Positions 39,963 to 50,327 of a DNA stretch of 64,000 nucleotides are shown piece by piece. Location: NCBI GenBank assembly GCA_036338335.1, contig JAYZCL010000025.1, positions 4,681-68,680 on the forward strand, in the 5' to 3' direction. The stretch is from Fidelibacterota bacterium (lineage in GTDB: Bacteria; Fidelibacterota; Marinisomatia; Marinisomatales; S15-B10). Within the stretch, counting starts at the first letter, position 1, and every line of letters begins with the position of its first letter. A program made the position numbers and the translations under genes. Below the pieces are notes generated by a model. It worked only from the letters and a program-made list of their open reading frames with translations. It had not been told where the DNA came from and made no database searches.

Positions 39963-40715
39963 GTGAACCTGATATCAGCCTTCATTCATCGCAGGTTCGC
40001 TCACATCAGGCACCGTTGGCTTGGAGAGCTTTCGCTCGCGCTGCTTTTGCCGATCGGAATATATATTACTCTTGGTTTTGGCCTCTCAAGCACAGCTCCG
40101 GACATAGAAGACGTTCCGAAACTCGCCTGGCTCATCCCTGGAATTGTTCTGATGATTGCATTTTCCGGCGGTCTCTTTGCCATCTTTCATGATATATTCC
40201 AAAACAGAGGTTCCGGCCAATTCTATGGTTCGGTTTACGTTTCACCATCAACACCCAGCGCCACGGTCATGAGCCTTACACTGTCAGTCGCTCCCGAGGG
40301 GGCCGTCCGCTCCATACTTGCCATGGTGATCCTTCAATTTGTTCTTGGGCACCTTTATCCTGTTGGCGGCCAGATCTCCATGGTTTTTCTGATCCTCTTC
40401 GCCATCTTTATCGGCACCAGCGCCGGGTTGACGCTTGGTATCGTTGCAAAGGACGCCATCACGAGCCAGTTGACCGTGCTTCTGTTACTCATCGGGCTTG
40501 GTTTTGGCTCGGCGTGGTTTGTTCCACTTGATGTTTTCCCCGAATCTATCCAACCGTTGTTGAGTGTTCTTCCCACATCGGTGCTTGGTGAACTGTCCAG
40601 AGGTTTTCTAATCGGGACTCCTCATTCAATGGTACTTCTCATCATCCCTTTAGGTACGTTAGTAGTTTGGACGGTCATTAATATCTTTCTTTTTACCAGA
40701 ATATCTACTGAATGA
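39963..40715 (+). CDS. ABC-2-type transporter permease
   Basis: Six hydrophobic segments; GTG start 3 nt after the ATPase stop. Confidence 0.7.
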   Translation: MNLISAFIHRRFAHIRHRWLGELSLALLLPIGIYITLGFGLSSTAPDIEDVPKLAWLIPGIVLMIAFSGGLFAIFHDIFQNRGSGQFYGSVYVSPSTPSATVMSLTLSVAPEGAVRSILAMVILQFVLGHLYPVGGQISMVFLILFAIFIGTSAGLTLGIVAKDAITSQLTVLLLLIGLGFGSAWFVPLDVFPESIQPLLSVLPTSVLGELSRGFLIGTPHSMVLLIIPLGTLVVWTVINIFLFTRISTE

Positions 40716-41176
40716 GGGCCTATCTCTCGGGAGGGATGGAGAACGCTCCTGAACTGGGGCGGGCATGGCGGGAGGAGTTGACCACATGGCTATCAGATGC
40801 ACTGGGTCACAGTGTGTTTAATCCTGTTGAAGTTCAGCACAAAGTCTTGACTGATGATGAATTCGATAATTTCCGGGACTGGCGATTCGATGAGCGGGAC
40901 CGTTTCAAGACTACCGTTCGGAAATTTATAGAGGGAGACCTTCATGCCATCGAGACAGAAATCGATTACATCATCTGTTTCTGGGACAGCAGTGTGCTGA
41001 AGGGTGGAGGGACCCACGGCGAGGTGACGACGGCCTATCGACTGGGAATCCCGGTCTATCTCGTCATTGACATCCCTTTCGAAGATGTCAGTTCCTGGAT
41101 TCTCGGATGCAGCACTCGGGAGTTTGACAACTTTCACAGTCTCAAGTTGTTCCTTCTGGAGAAGTATGGCGGTTGA
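40712..41176 (+). CDS. hypothetical protein, possibly with a nucleoside 2-deoxyribosyltransferase-like fold
   Basis: ATGA overlap with the permease gene. MRAYLSGGM... start and GGGTHGEVTTAYRLGIPVY resemble that superfamily. Weak, by eye only. Confidence 0.45.
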   Translation: MRAYLSGGMENAPELGRAWREELTTWLSDALGHSVFNPVEVQHKVLTDDEFDNFRDWRFDERDRFKTTVRKFIEGDLHAIETEIDYIICFWDSSVLKGGGTHGEVTTAYRLGIPVYLVIDIPFEDVSSWILGCSTREFDNFHSLKLFLLEKYGG

Positions 41177-42107
41177 TGGTTGGGTGCTCTCCGCCGATGG
41201 CGGAGGGACCAAGACAGATATTCTTCTGGCGAACGGCGATCTCAAATCCGGAGTTATGGTGAATGGCTCCGGAACCAATCCCAACGCACAGGGAGAACTT
41301 GCAAGTGAACGTCTAGAGCAATTGATCTCATCTGCACTTGAGAGAGTGGAAATTTCGGGACAAGAGGTTCGTTCGGCGGTTCTGGGAATGGCGGGCTTGA
41401 GTAATCATAAGTACAGGTCGGCCTTTGACAAAATCCTCGAACGACTTGTCCCGTCGGCCTCTGTCCAGATAATCACCGACGCCGAATTGGCCCACAGGGC
41501 GATCTGGGGGCATGAACGGGGCATAACCCTAATTGTGGGGACTGGCTCTATTGCTGTTGGCGGTGATGCTCAAGGAAATCTCCTTCGGGCAGGTGGTTTT
41601 GGTTACCAGATTGGTGATATTGGCAGTGGCTATTGGTTGGGGAAGAACCTTATTACCCAGTTGATCGCGATGGAAAGGTCTGAGGCGGAGGAGATCCTCG
41701 ATCTCAAGAAAGCAGTGGTGGATCATTTTGGTGCGGGGGATTTTGTGGAGGCACTTGATTTAGCGTCCGGAGGTGAGAGTTTTTCCCGAGTGGCCGCCAT
41801 GTCTTCAATCCTTTTGAACCACGCCGAGGAGGGAAACTTCCTAGCAGAACAGCTCGCACGAACGGGAATAGAAGGACTGCAGGAGCTCGTGGAGGAGTTA
41901 ACGGGAAAGATGGGGCAGCATGATATCATTGGTCTTCACGGTTCTGTGATAACCGAATCATCGTTCTACAGATCACTACTGATGAAGGGTCTGAAAATAG
42001 AGAGTTGGAAGAGGAGTGAAATGGCTGCTGTATTTGGAGGTCTCATCATTACCGGTTCGGTGGAGACGCCGGAAGAATTACGTAATTTCGTGATCGATTA
42101 TGGCTAA
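41166..42107 (+). CDS. BadF/BadG/BcrA/BcrD-type sugar kinase (GlcNAc/MurNAc kinase-like)
   Basis: LSADGGGTKTD, GSGTNPN, GMAG, GTGSIAVG, GFGYQIGDIGSGYWLG. Start at the internal ATG 41166. Confidence 0.8.
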   Translation: MAVDGWVLSADGGGTKTDILLANGDLKSGVMVNGSGTNPNAQGELASERLEQLISSALERVEISGQEVRSAVLGMAGLSNHKYRSAFDKILERLVPSASVQIITDAELAHRAIWGHERGITLIVGTGSIAVGGDAQGNLLRAGGFGYQIGDIGSGYWLGKNLITQLIAMERSEAEEILDLKKAVVDHFGAGDFVEALDLASGGESFSRVAAMSSILLNHAEEGNFLAEQLARTGIEGLQELVEELTGKMGQHDIIGLHGSVITESSFYRSLLMKGLKIESWKRSEMAAVFGGLIITGSVETPEELRNFVIDYG

Positions 42108-43209
42108 TCCTGTCGCGGAAATTCGTCTTGATCGTCTTCGTCATAACGCCCGTATTGTTATGAACCGTGCAGGTAATTCTGAACTGCTCGCTGTAGTTAA
42201 AGCGAACGGTTACGGTCATGGCGCCGTACCCGTATCCAAAATGCTCGAAGGAGCGGGAATTAACTATCTCGGCGTCTTTACCCTCGATGAAGCAATCGAA
42301 CTCAGGAACGGGGGAGTGGAGTGCGAAATTCTTATTTTTGAACGATTGTCAGATCGAGCAATCAGAGAATCTGCGAAGCTCTCGATTACAGTGTCTGTTT
42401 CATGGTTTAGCGACTTGGATCTTTTCAAACATTCCGTTAATAATGGGTTCACTCTGCCAAAGTTTCATTTAAAACTCGACACCGGCATGACCCGCCTCGG
42501 GATTCCGTGGAAAGATGTGACTGAATTTGCCGGAAGCCTTAAACAGGAGACCGGGGCGGAGCCTGATGGGGTCTATACGCATCTTTCAACCTCTGATGAA
42601 GGAGACCTCACTTTTGCGTATGAACAGAAACGCCGATTTGATGACGCGGTTCACGAGCTTCAGAGAGTCTGCTCTCCCAAATGGGTGCATATCGCAAGCA
42701 GTGGCGCGATTGTCAATATGCCTGATTCGTATTACAATATGGTTCGTGTGGGAATACTTCTCTATGGTGCGAGTCCTTCGGTTGAGCTTGTCGACCCTCT
42801 GTCGGTTCAGCCGGTGATGAACTTCAAGGGTGAAATTGTACTTGTCCGGCACATCGAAGCCGGTACACCTGTGAGTTATGGAGCACTTTACCAACCTGGG
42901 GATGATTGTTACTTAGGCGTCGTACAGGTCGGTTTTGCCGATGGCATGCCGAGAGCTTGGTTTGAACGGGGTGTCGTCATGTGGAACGGAAAGAGATACA
43001 GGATTGCAGGCAGAATTTGCATGGACCAGTTCATGGTAGACTTTGGTAAAGAAGAACCTGAAGAGGGGGAGACTGTTCTGATCTGGGGGCGGGATGGGAA
43101 TAACCATCTTCCAATCGAGGAGATTAGCAAAGATTTAGGTCTCAATCCGTACACGCTTTTCAGCGGTTTGGGAGGTAAACGAATTGAAAGGGTATTCTTG
43201 AATGAATAA
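42100..43209 (+). CDS. alr: alanine racemase
   Basis: AVVKANGYGHG PLP-lysine motif and 369 aa size. Confidence 0.93.
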   Translation: MANPVAEIRLDRLRHNARIVMNRAGNSELLAVVKANGYGHGAVPVSKMLEGAGINYLGVFTLDEAIELRNGGVECEILIFERLSDRAIRESAKLSITVSVSWFSDLDLFKHSVNNGFTLPKFHLKLDTGMTRLGIPWKDVTEFAGSLKQETGAEPDGVYTHLSTSDEGDLTFAYEQKRRFDDAVHELQRVCSPKWVHIASSGAIVNMPDSYYNMVRVGILLYGASPSVELVDPLSVQPVMNFKGEIVLVRHIEAGTPVSYGALYQPGDDCYLGVVQVGFADGMPRAWFERGVVMWNGKRYRIAGRICMDQFMVDFGKEEPEEGETVLIWGRDGNNHLPIEEISKDLGLNPYTLFSGLGGKRIERVFLNE

Positions 43210-46015
43210 GAAAGCTGCTGCTGGCGCACTGTTGTTGATGTTCTGCTCATGTTCCGTCCCTCCCCCGGAAGCTCTTCAGAGAACAGACAAGGTCACTCTT
43301 TCCGACTTGTCTGTTGAAGAAAAAGTTGGGCAGATGTTCATGGTGAGGTACACAGGGAACTTCTATCGGAATGACGCCTTCACGTTCCGTGATGTCAGGC
43401 GGCTTATCACCGAGCGGCATCTCGGGGGTATGATACCCTATTTCGGTTCTGTCCACGGTACTATTGCGAATCTCAACGAACTTCAATCGGTGGCAAGGAT
43501 ACCGCTCCTCGTTGCCGCTGATTATGAGCGGGGGGTGGGCCAACACCTTGATGGGGGAACCCTCTTTCCCACAAACATGGCAATGGCGGCCACAGGTGAT
43601 TTGGACCTTGCGTATGAGCAGGGGAAAATAACAGCAATAGAGGCGAGGGCCGTAGGGGTACACGTGACCTTCGCGCCGGTCATGGATGTCAACAGCAATC
43701 CGGAAAACCCCATCATTAATTTCCGTTCTTACGGAGATTCGCCTGAGATTGCATCAAAATTCGGTATTGCATTTATCAAAGGTGCTCAGGATCACAGCCT
43801 CATCGCATGCGCAAAACATTTTCCCGGTCATGGTGATACGGGCGTCGATTCACACACCACACTTCCGGTTATTGAATCGGATGAAGCGACGTTTCGAAAA
43901 GTCGACCTTTCACCATTCAAGGACGCTGTTAATTCAGGAGTTAAGATGGTGATGACAGCCCATATAGCTATTCCTGTCCTGGATGACTCACGGTTGCCGG
44001 CAACGCTTTCCCACAAACTGAGCGAACAGATTCTTCGGGATGAGTTTGGATTTGACGGAATTATCGTGACAGACGCCATGGAGATGGGTGGCATTACGGA
44101 GGCTTTCTGGTCCGGTGAGGCGGCTGTCAGGACAATTGAAGCTGGCTCGGACATTGTTTTGCTTCCGCTCGATAACGATACCGCCATCGATGGTGTACTG
44201 AAGGCAGTTCGCAGTGGACGAATTTCCGAGGAGAGAATCGACCGATCGGTGCAGAAGATCCTTGATGCGAAACAGGAGTTAGGCCTTTGGCGCCAGAGAA
44301 CAGTCTCCATAGAGAACGCCAGGGAGACGCTCGGAAAGTGGTCTAATAAATCTTCCGCCGGGGAGGCAGCTAGTAAGTCCATCACACTTGTAAAAGATGA
44401 AGAGGAAAATATTCCGATTTCTCCGGGGGAAAGCAAACGGCTGAGCCATATCCTCCTCGCAACAGACGAAGGGATGCTCAGTTATTCCCGTCCGTTTAGA
44501 TCGGCTGTTTCGAGGCTTCACGGAAATGTCAAATCTCAGTTCCATTATCAACCGTTGACAGACAGTCAAATAATGAGCATTGTCGCAGGTACCGATTCTT
44601 CTGACCAGGTACTTGCATCACTGCTCATAAGAGTGCGGATGAATATTGGATCTATCACAATTGATCCTTCACATCGGGCGCTCATTGATCGGCTTCAGGA
44701 AACGGGAAAAAAGGTGACGGTGGTCTCTTTTGGCTCCCCCTATGTGACCGATGTTGACGGAATCGGTACATACCTTGCGGCCTATGGCTACGGTTCAGTT
44801 TCAATGAGTGCCATGGCCAATGCTCTATTTGGCGGTGCATCTCTTGTCGGGGAGCTTCCGGTCAATCTCAGCCCCACCCTCCATCAGGGGTTCGGAATGG
44901 AAAAAAAAGTCGGGAAAACGTTCCCGATGACGGAAAAAATGCCAGATCTTTCCACCGCCGAAGCTGTACTAGAGAGTGCAATAGGAGATTCTATCTTTCC
45001 AGGTGCATCAGCGGTGGTGCTTTCTCAGGGGAATATTTCCTGGACTTATCAGGTGGGAAGACACACTTATGACAACGCTTCATCGAAGGTTTCATCCAAG
45101 ACAATCTATGATCTGGCTTCCCTAACAAAGGTTGTCGCGACGACAGGAGTGGTGATGAAGCTGGTGGCGCAGAAAAAACTTCCGCTGGACGAACGGGTGA
45201 AAGATTTCATCCCCCAGTTCACAGGTGGTGGGAAAGAGCTTGTTACCGTTCGCCATCTTTTGACTCATTCCGCGGGACTCACGCCGTTCGATGAATATCC
45301 CCTCGGTACAACCGAAGAGGCGATCGTGAAAGACATTCTCGAGCGGCCGCTCATTTATGAGCCGGGCACAGCGTATAAGTACAGTGATTTTGGGCCGATC
45401 CTAACGGCGAAAATTTGTGAGCTTGTTACTGGGCAGTCATTTGACGCTCTGGCATCCAGCCTAATTTTCAAACCGCTCGTAATGAAGAGTACATTTTTCA
45501 ATCCAGATTCTTCCTTGTTGATTCGAATGGCGCCCACCGAGATTGACAGCCGCTATGGACGGGGGCTTGTTCACGGACTTGTTCACGATGAGAGAGCATG
45601 GCAGCTTGGAGGAGTAGCAGGACATGCCGGGCTCTTTTCCACAGCTGAGGATCTGGCGGTCTATGCCCAGATGATGATGGACAGTGGATTCTTCGGTGGT
45701 CGCCGGCATTTTAGCAGGTCAATCATTGACGAGTTTACCAGAAGACAGGAGATTCCACCGAGCAGCGGCAGAGCCATCGGATGGGATACTCCTTCTGTTG
45801 TGAACAGCTCGGCGGGAGACTATTTCAGTGAAGGGAGCTATGGCCACACCGGCTTCACCGGTACTTCAGTATGGATCGATCCGAACCGGCGCATCGCCAT
45901 TATTCTTCTGACCAACCGCGTTCATCCGACCAGGAAACGAGGCGGAATGAAAAAGGTGAGGAGAGATTTCCACAATGCGGTAATGGAGGCTTTGCTCGAG
46001 CGTCCTTCATCCTGA
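43202..46015 (+). CDS. lipoprotein fusion of a GH3 beta-N-acetylhexosaminidase (NagZ-like) and a beta-lactamase-fold serine hydrolase
   Basis: Lipobox LMFCSC. GH3 motifs KHFPGHGDTGVDSHT and IVTDAMEM. Serine hydrolase motifs DLASLTKV (SxxK) and YSDFG. Confidence 0.9.
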   Translation: MNKKAAAGALLLMFCSCSVPPPEALQRTDKVTLSDLSVEEKVGQMFMVRYTGNFYRNDAFTFRDVRRLITERHLGGMIPYFGSVHGTIANLNELQSVARIPLLVAADYERGVGQHLDGGTLFPTNMAMAATGDLDLAYEQGKITAIEARAVGVHVTFAPVMDVNSNPENPIINFRSYGDSPEIASKFGIAFIKGAQDHSLIACAKHFPGHGDTGVDSHTTLPVIESDEATFRKVDLSPFKDAVNSGVKMVMTAHIAIPVLDDSRLPATLSHKLSEQILRDEFGFDGIIVTDAMEMGGITEAFWSGEAAVRTIEAGSDIVLLPLDNDTAIDGVLKAVRSGRISEERIDRSVQKILDAKQELGLWRQRTVSIENARETLGKWSNKSSAGEAASKSITLVKDEEENIPISPGESKRLSHILLATDEGMLSYSRPFRSAVSRLHGNVKSQFHYQPLTDSQIMSIVAGTDSSDQVLASLLIRVRMNIGSITIDPSHRALIDRLQETGKKVTVVSFGSPYVTDVDGIGTYLAAYGYGSVSMSAMANALFGGASLVGELPVNLSPTLHQGFGMEKKVGKTFPMTEKMPDLSTAEAVLESAIGDSIFPGASAVVLSQGNISWTYQVGRHTYDNASSKVSSKTIYDLASLTKVVATTGVVMKLVAQKKLPLDERVKDFIPQFTGGGKELVTVRHLLTHSAGLTPFDEYPLGTTEEAIVKDILERPLIYEPGTAYKYSDFGPILTAKICELVTGQSFDALASSLIFKPLVMKSTFFNPDSSLLIRMAPTEIDSRYGRGLVHGLVHDERAWQLGGVAGHAGLFSTAEDLAVYAQMMMDSGFFGGRRHFSRSIIDEFTRRQEIPPSSGRAIGWDTPSVVNSSAGDYFSEGSYGHTGFTGTSVWIDPNRRIAIILLTNRVHPTRKRGGMKKVRRDFHNAVMEALLERPSS

Positions 46016-46019
46016 TATC

Positions 46020-47417
46020 TTGCAGACTGTCGACTTCATTGTTCTTTTTGGTTATCTGACTGTGGTCAGTGGGGTGGCGCTCTGGGCCGGGCGAAAACAG
46101 ACCACAGCAAGATCATTCTTTCTCGCAGAACAGAACCTTCCATGGTGGATGATTATGCTGTCGGTTGTGGCAACCGAAACTTCTGTGCTAACCTTTCTCA
46201 GTATCCCTGGCGTGGCCTATGGTGGAGACTTCGGATTTCTTCAACTGGCTATCGGGTACGTCATCGGTCGATGGCTCGTGGCTCACTACCTGCTTCCGCT
46301 CTACTTTGAGCAAGGTTTGGAATCGACTTATGAGTTTCTGAGAAACCGGTGGGGCGAATCGGTTCAACGGACCGGCTCTCTCGTCTTTCAGCTGACGAGA
46401 ATTCTGGCGGACGGTGTACGGCTGTTCATGACGGCCATTCCGCTGGCACTTATTACGGGGTGGTCTTACCCTATGTCAATCGCGGTGATTGCTGGCTTCA
46501 CACTCATCTATACCATCCTCGGGGGCATCCGATCAGTGGTATGGGCGGATTCCATTCAGTTCATTATTTATCTTCTTGGTGGGGCAATCACCATGGGAGT
46601 GCTGGGAGGCTTAGTGGATGGGGGGTGGTCGGTCATACTAGCAACCGCATATGCGGAGAAGAAGCTGGTGCTGTTTCATGGCGGCGAACTGGTGTCTGAA
46701 CCGTACCATTTTATCACGGCTGTCGTTGGAGGAATGTTTCTCTCTCTTGCGTCCCATGGTACTGACCATCTTATGGTCCAGCGACTTATGGCGGCAAAGA
46801 ACGCGGCCGCCAGTCGGAAAGCGCTCATTGGGAGCGGTTTTATGGCTCTCTTTCAGTTCGCTATTTTCCTGATTATTGGAGCCGGGATTTGGGTCTATTA
46901 CGGCGGTAAGGAAATGAATTCTAATGAGGTGTTTTCAAGCTTCATTATTGATTCACTCCCGGCAGGTGTGAAAGGACTGATTGTGGCGGCGATTTTTTCT
47001 GCAGCCATGTCTTCTCTGAGTTCATCCATCAATGCTCTAGCTTCATCCACAATGTCAGACTGGGTAAAAACGTTAGCGCCTTCACGGTATACCCTTGCCA
47101 ATTCCAGATTGCTATCGCTGGTCTGGACAATCGTTCTGGCGGGAGGGGCATCACTCTTCACCTCCACAGAAGGGCCATTGGTTGAAATCGGACTGGCAAT
47201 TGTTTCTTTCACTTACGGTGGTCTCCTTGGCTTTTTCCTTCTGGGTAGAATGACAACTCTATTTTCAGCTTCGGCCGTGATGGCGGGCTTTTTCTCTTCA
47301 ATCGTGATCATGATTGCGATAGTAAGACTAACGCCTGTAGCTTGGCCGTGGTACACTTGCATTGGATTGACCGTCATGGTGACGGTGTCGTATGGGGTAA
47401 GGTTCTTCCAGAAATGA
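46020..47417 (+). CDS. sodium:solute symporter family transporter
   Basis: About 13 TM segments with an SSS-like N-terminus (FFLAEQNLPWWMIMLSVVATETS). TTG start. Confidence 0.8.
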   Translation: MQTVDFIVLFGYLTVVSGVALWAGRKQTTARSFFLAEQNLPWWMIMLSVVATETSVLTFLSIPGVAYGGDFGFLQLAIGYVIGRWLVAHYLLPLYFEQGLESTYEFLRNRWGESVQRTGSLVFQLTRILADGVRLFMTAIPLALITGWSYPMSIAVIAGFTLIYTILGGIRSVVWADSIQFIIYLLGGAITMGVLGGLVDGGWSVILATAYAEKKLVLFHGGELVSEPYHFITAVVGGMFLSLASHGTDHLMVQRLMAAKNAAASRKALIGSGFMALFQFAIFLIIGAGIWVYYGGKEMNSNEVFSSFIIDSLPAGVKGLIVAAIFSAAMSSLSSSINALASSTMSDWVKTLAPSRYTLANSRLLSLVWTIVLAGGASLFTSTEGPLVEIGLAIVSFTYGGLLGFFLLGRMTTLFSASAVMAGFFSSIVIMIAIVRLTPVAWPWYTCIGLTVMVTVSYGVRFFQK

Positions 47418-48709
47418 ATCGCAATCTGAAGCATCTTGTTCTGGTCATCCTTATATGGATGGGGATGTTGGGTGGTCAGACTTACGAGCATTCAGAAATG
47501 ATCAAAGTTCCGGATATGAGTTTTCTCCCGGGCGTTTTCACCGGTCTTGATATCCTGGAAGAGCGGGGATTTGATCTCATTGAAGGAAAGCGGCTGGCGG
47601 TGCTGACAAACCAGGCATCATTGAACCGAAACGGTATTCACCTGCTCGATCTTCTGGCACGAGATCGAGACCGATTTGATGTTCAGATAATCTTTACCCC
47701 CCAGCACGGAGTTCTCACCGATCCGATCCGATCACTTATCTCCCCACCAGACGGGATTGACCGCCGTTTTGGGGCTGTAGTGAAAAACCTCTGGGATCGT
47801 TATTATAAACCTAACAGCCGTGATTTTCGGAATGTTGATATGGTCGTCATCGATATTCAGGATACAGGCGTGCGGTACCATACGATGATGACGACGGTGA
47901 CAAAGATGATGGAAGCGGCGTCTGACTACGGTAAGCCAGTGGTCCTCCTGGACAGGCCTAACCCCATCAATGGAAATACGCTAGAGGGGCCTGTAGTTCG
48001 CCCCGGTTTTCAGTCGCTATTGGGCTACCATCTTGTGCCGATACGGCACGGAATGACTGTAGGTGAATACGCCCTGATGGTGAACGAAACGGGATGGATT
48101 CGTGAATCGGAAACCTGTGAATTAACGGTGGTTCCTATGTCAAATTGGCTCCGTGAAATGTGGATCGATGAGACGGGCCTGGCGAAGATGCCTATCTGGA
48201 AAGGCAGTGATACAGGCGAAACTCTGGCTGCTTCTTCCGGCTTGGGTTTACTAGAAGGGACCAATGTTTCATTCGGTGAAGGGACGATCACTCCCTTCAG
48301 AGTTGTGGGGGCACCATGGTTGGTATCTGATCAAATTATAAGGGGACTCAAAAGGTCAGGTCTTCCGGGCGTCTCCTTTGAATCTGTTACTTTTCGCCCC
48401 GATTCACTCTCACCTCTTATTGCAAGACCGATCTACCGGGGTGAAACATGCTATGGCGTTAGACTGATCATCCACGATCGGGATAAGTTTCGCCCTGTGA
48501 AGACCGCTGTTACCATTCTTTCTCTTATCGCCGGTCTCGAACCTCGGCGTTTCAAGTGGACAGGGAACAACTACATCGATTCCCTCTATGGACACAACTA
48601 CCTTCGGCTGTTCATTGCTCAGGAGCGAGACGTCAGTAAGCTTCCCGCCACATGGTCACAGGAGGTGATTCAGTTCAACCAGTTTCGCCAAAAGTTTCTG
48701 CTCTACTGA
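47414..48709 (+). CDS. DUF1343-family protein (NamZ-like exo-beta-N-acetylmuramidase)
   Basis: GLDILEERGFDLIEGKRLAVLTNQASLNRNG...IFTPQHG matches the DUF1343 N-terminal pattern. Signal peptide present. ATGA overlap with the symporter gene. Confidence 0.8.
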   Translation: MNRNLKHLVLVILIWMGMLGGQTYEHSEMIKVPDMSFLPGVFTGLDILEERGFDLIEGKRLAVLTNQASLNRNGIHLLDLLARDRDRFDVQIIFTPQHGVLTDPIRSLISPPDGIDRRFGAVVKNLWDRYYKPNSRDFRNVDMVVIDIQDTGVRYHTMMTTVTKMMEAASDYGKPVVLLDRPNPINGNTLEGPVVRPGFQSLLGYHLVPIRHGMTVGEYALMVNETGWIRESETCELTVVPMSNWLREMWIDETGLAKMPIWKGSDTGETLAASSGLGLLEGTNVSFGEGTITPFRVVGAPWLVSDQIIRGLKRSGLPGVSFESVTFRPDSLSPLIARPIYRGETCYGVRLIIHDRDKFRPVKTAVTILSLIAGLEPRRFKWTGNNYIDSLYGHNYLRLFIAQERDVSKLPATWSQEVIQFNQFRQKFLLY

Positions 48710-48717
48710 AACCGCTT

Positions 48718-50316
48718 GTGAAAGGCCTTAGCATTACGACCATACTTTTGCTTTGGAGTGTGGAAAAAGTAGAGGCCCAAGCCTATTTTACACTGCCGAA
48801 GAATGTCTGGCGTGTTTCCGTTGATAATGAAATGATGTCCAGTCAATGGATAAGCGGGGGAGGGAAGAAGGGGCTGCCAGATGAGTTCTTTACCCTGAGC
48901 GGCTACGGTCTCAAGTATTACAACCATCTCAGTTCCGATTCGAAGTACGACTTGGTGAATCTTCACGAGCATTATATAACTGCCGCGGACAGAGCAGATG
49001 AAATAATTGCTTCCTTTCAGATGACAGAGGCAGCATCAGCTTGGGACGACACGCTTGCCGATTTCAGTCAGAACTTTTTTGGTCCTGACTCGGTCAGTGT
49101 GGGTGGGTACATTACTAATCCAAAGAGATCACTTGCTTCCGGGCTGTCACGTATCAGGATTGAATACGGCATTTCAGAGCAAGCGACCTTTACGCTGTCT
49201 ATCCCAAACTATTCAAAGGCTCTGCAGGTGAACAGATGGGGATGGCGGGCCGGTTCCGTGGGAAGTGCTGACCTCGATGGTTTTATCGCTTATCACACCG
49301 TAAACAAGGCGAAGTTCGATGATTTTTTTGCCTCCCAATTCATTGACAACCTCGGCTCTCAGATGAGGTCTAAACTCGAGAAACTTTATAATGCCTTCTA
49401 TACTTCTGGGGGAAGCTCATCTGTCCTGTGGGCCATGGAGCTGGGGACTGATCCGCTCGGCACCTCGATAGTGGGCACTCAGTTTAATCCCTTCTCAGAT
49501 TCGAACAGTGACACGACCACAATCGATTCGCTCATGAAATATTACCATCCGGATCGGTCTGCTTCGGGGTTGGGGGACATCGATTTGGGGTTAAACTTCC
49601 ACCTGCTCGGCTCTCCTATCTGGGAAGGCGAATCGCTTTTTTCGCTATACGCTGGGCTTGGACTTATAATCCCTACAGCTCGATTGGTCGGCAAGTTTAA
49701 TCCCAACAAAGTGGACAGTTCAGGGCGTCCCAATCAGTTCAATCAACTCGAGCTTGGGAGCGGAGTGACCGCATGGCATTTTTCCCTATTCGGCGAGTTC
49801 TATCGAACGATTCGTGGTCGAAAGGTAAAGGTCAACTGGTCATCACGCTATAAACTCAATCCAGAGGGGAGGTTTTGGACGAGAGTGTCACCCAGAGGCA
49901 CCTACTGGGTTATCAGTGACACTGTTTTATCTAGGCTCGGCGAATCGTATCGTTTCAAGATGGGAGACAAGTTCTTTGGTTCACTTTCCGGCGAGATAGA
50001 GATTATCCCTGACAAGCTGGCGATCTCGGCCGGACAGGTTTGGGCTATGAAGAGGAGGGACTTCTACTATTCCCGGAACAATCGATGGAATGAATGGATG
50101 GCGGGCGGAACCGATGTGCGGCCGGGGTATGACACGCGGAGTGTCGCTGTCGTCCAAAATGTGGCGGTGATCTTCAAGAATACCGATCCTATGAATCAGT
50201 TTGGTTCCACTCCTTTCGAGATAGAACTTTCAGCCACAATTCCTCTGGTGACGAGACATACGTGGAGCAGTTTTGCTTTGGGGCTCTCTTTCGTAACATA
50301 TTTTCAATCCTGGTAG
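48718..50316 (+). CDS. putative outer-membrane beta-barrel protein, family unknown
   Basis: GTG 48718 gives the signal peptide MKGLSITTILLLWSVEKVEA|QA. Strand-like alternation throughout, and the C-terminus ends ...FVTYFQSW. Confidence 0.5.
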   Translation: MKGLSITTILLLWSVEKVEAQAYFTLPKNVWRVSVDNEMMSSQWISGGGKKGLPDEFFTLSGYGLKYYNHLSSDSKYDLVNLHEHYITAADRADEIIASFQMTEAASAWDDTLADFSQNFFGPDSVSVGGYITNPKRSLASGLSRIRIEYGISEQATFTLSIPNYSKALQVNRWGWRAGSVGSADLDGFIAYHTVNKAKFDDFFASQFIDNLGSQMRSKLEKLYNAFYTSGGSSSVLWAMELGTDPLGTSIVGTQFNPFSDSNSDTTTIDSLMKYYHPDRSASGLGDIDLGLNFHLLGSPIWEGESLFSLYAGLGLIIPTARLVGKFNPNKVDSSGRPNQFNQLELGSGVTAWHFSLFGEFYRTIRGRKVKVNWSSRYKLNPEGRFWTRVSPRGTYWVISDTVLSRLGESYRFKMGDKFFGSLSGEIEIIPDKLAISAGQVWAMKRRDFYYSRNNRWNEWMAGGTDVRPGYDTRSVAVVQNVAVIFKNTDPMNQFGSTPFEIELSATIPLVTRHTWSSFALGLSFVTYFQSW

Positions 50317-50327
50317 AAAGGTCGAAT

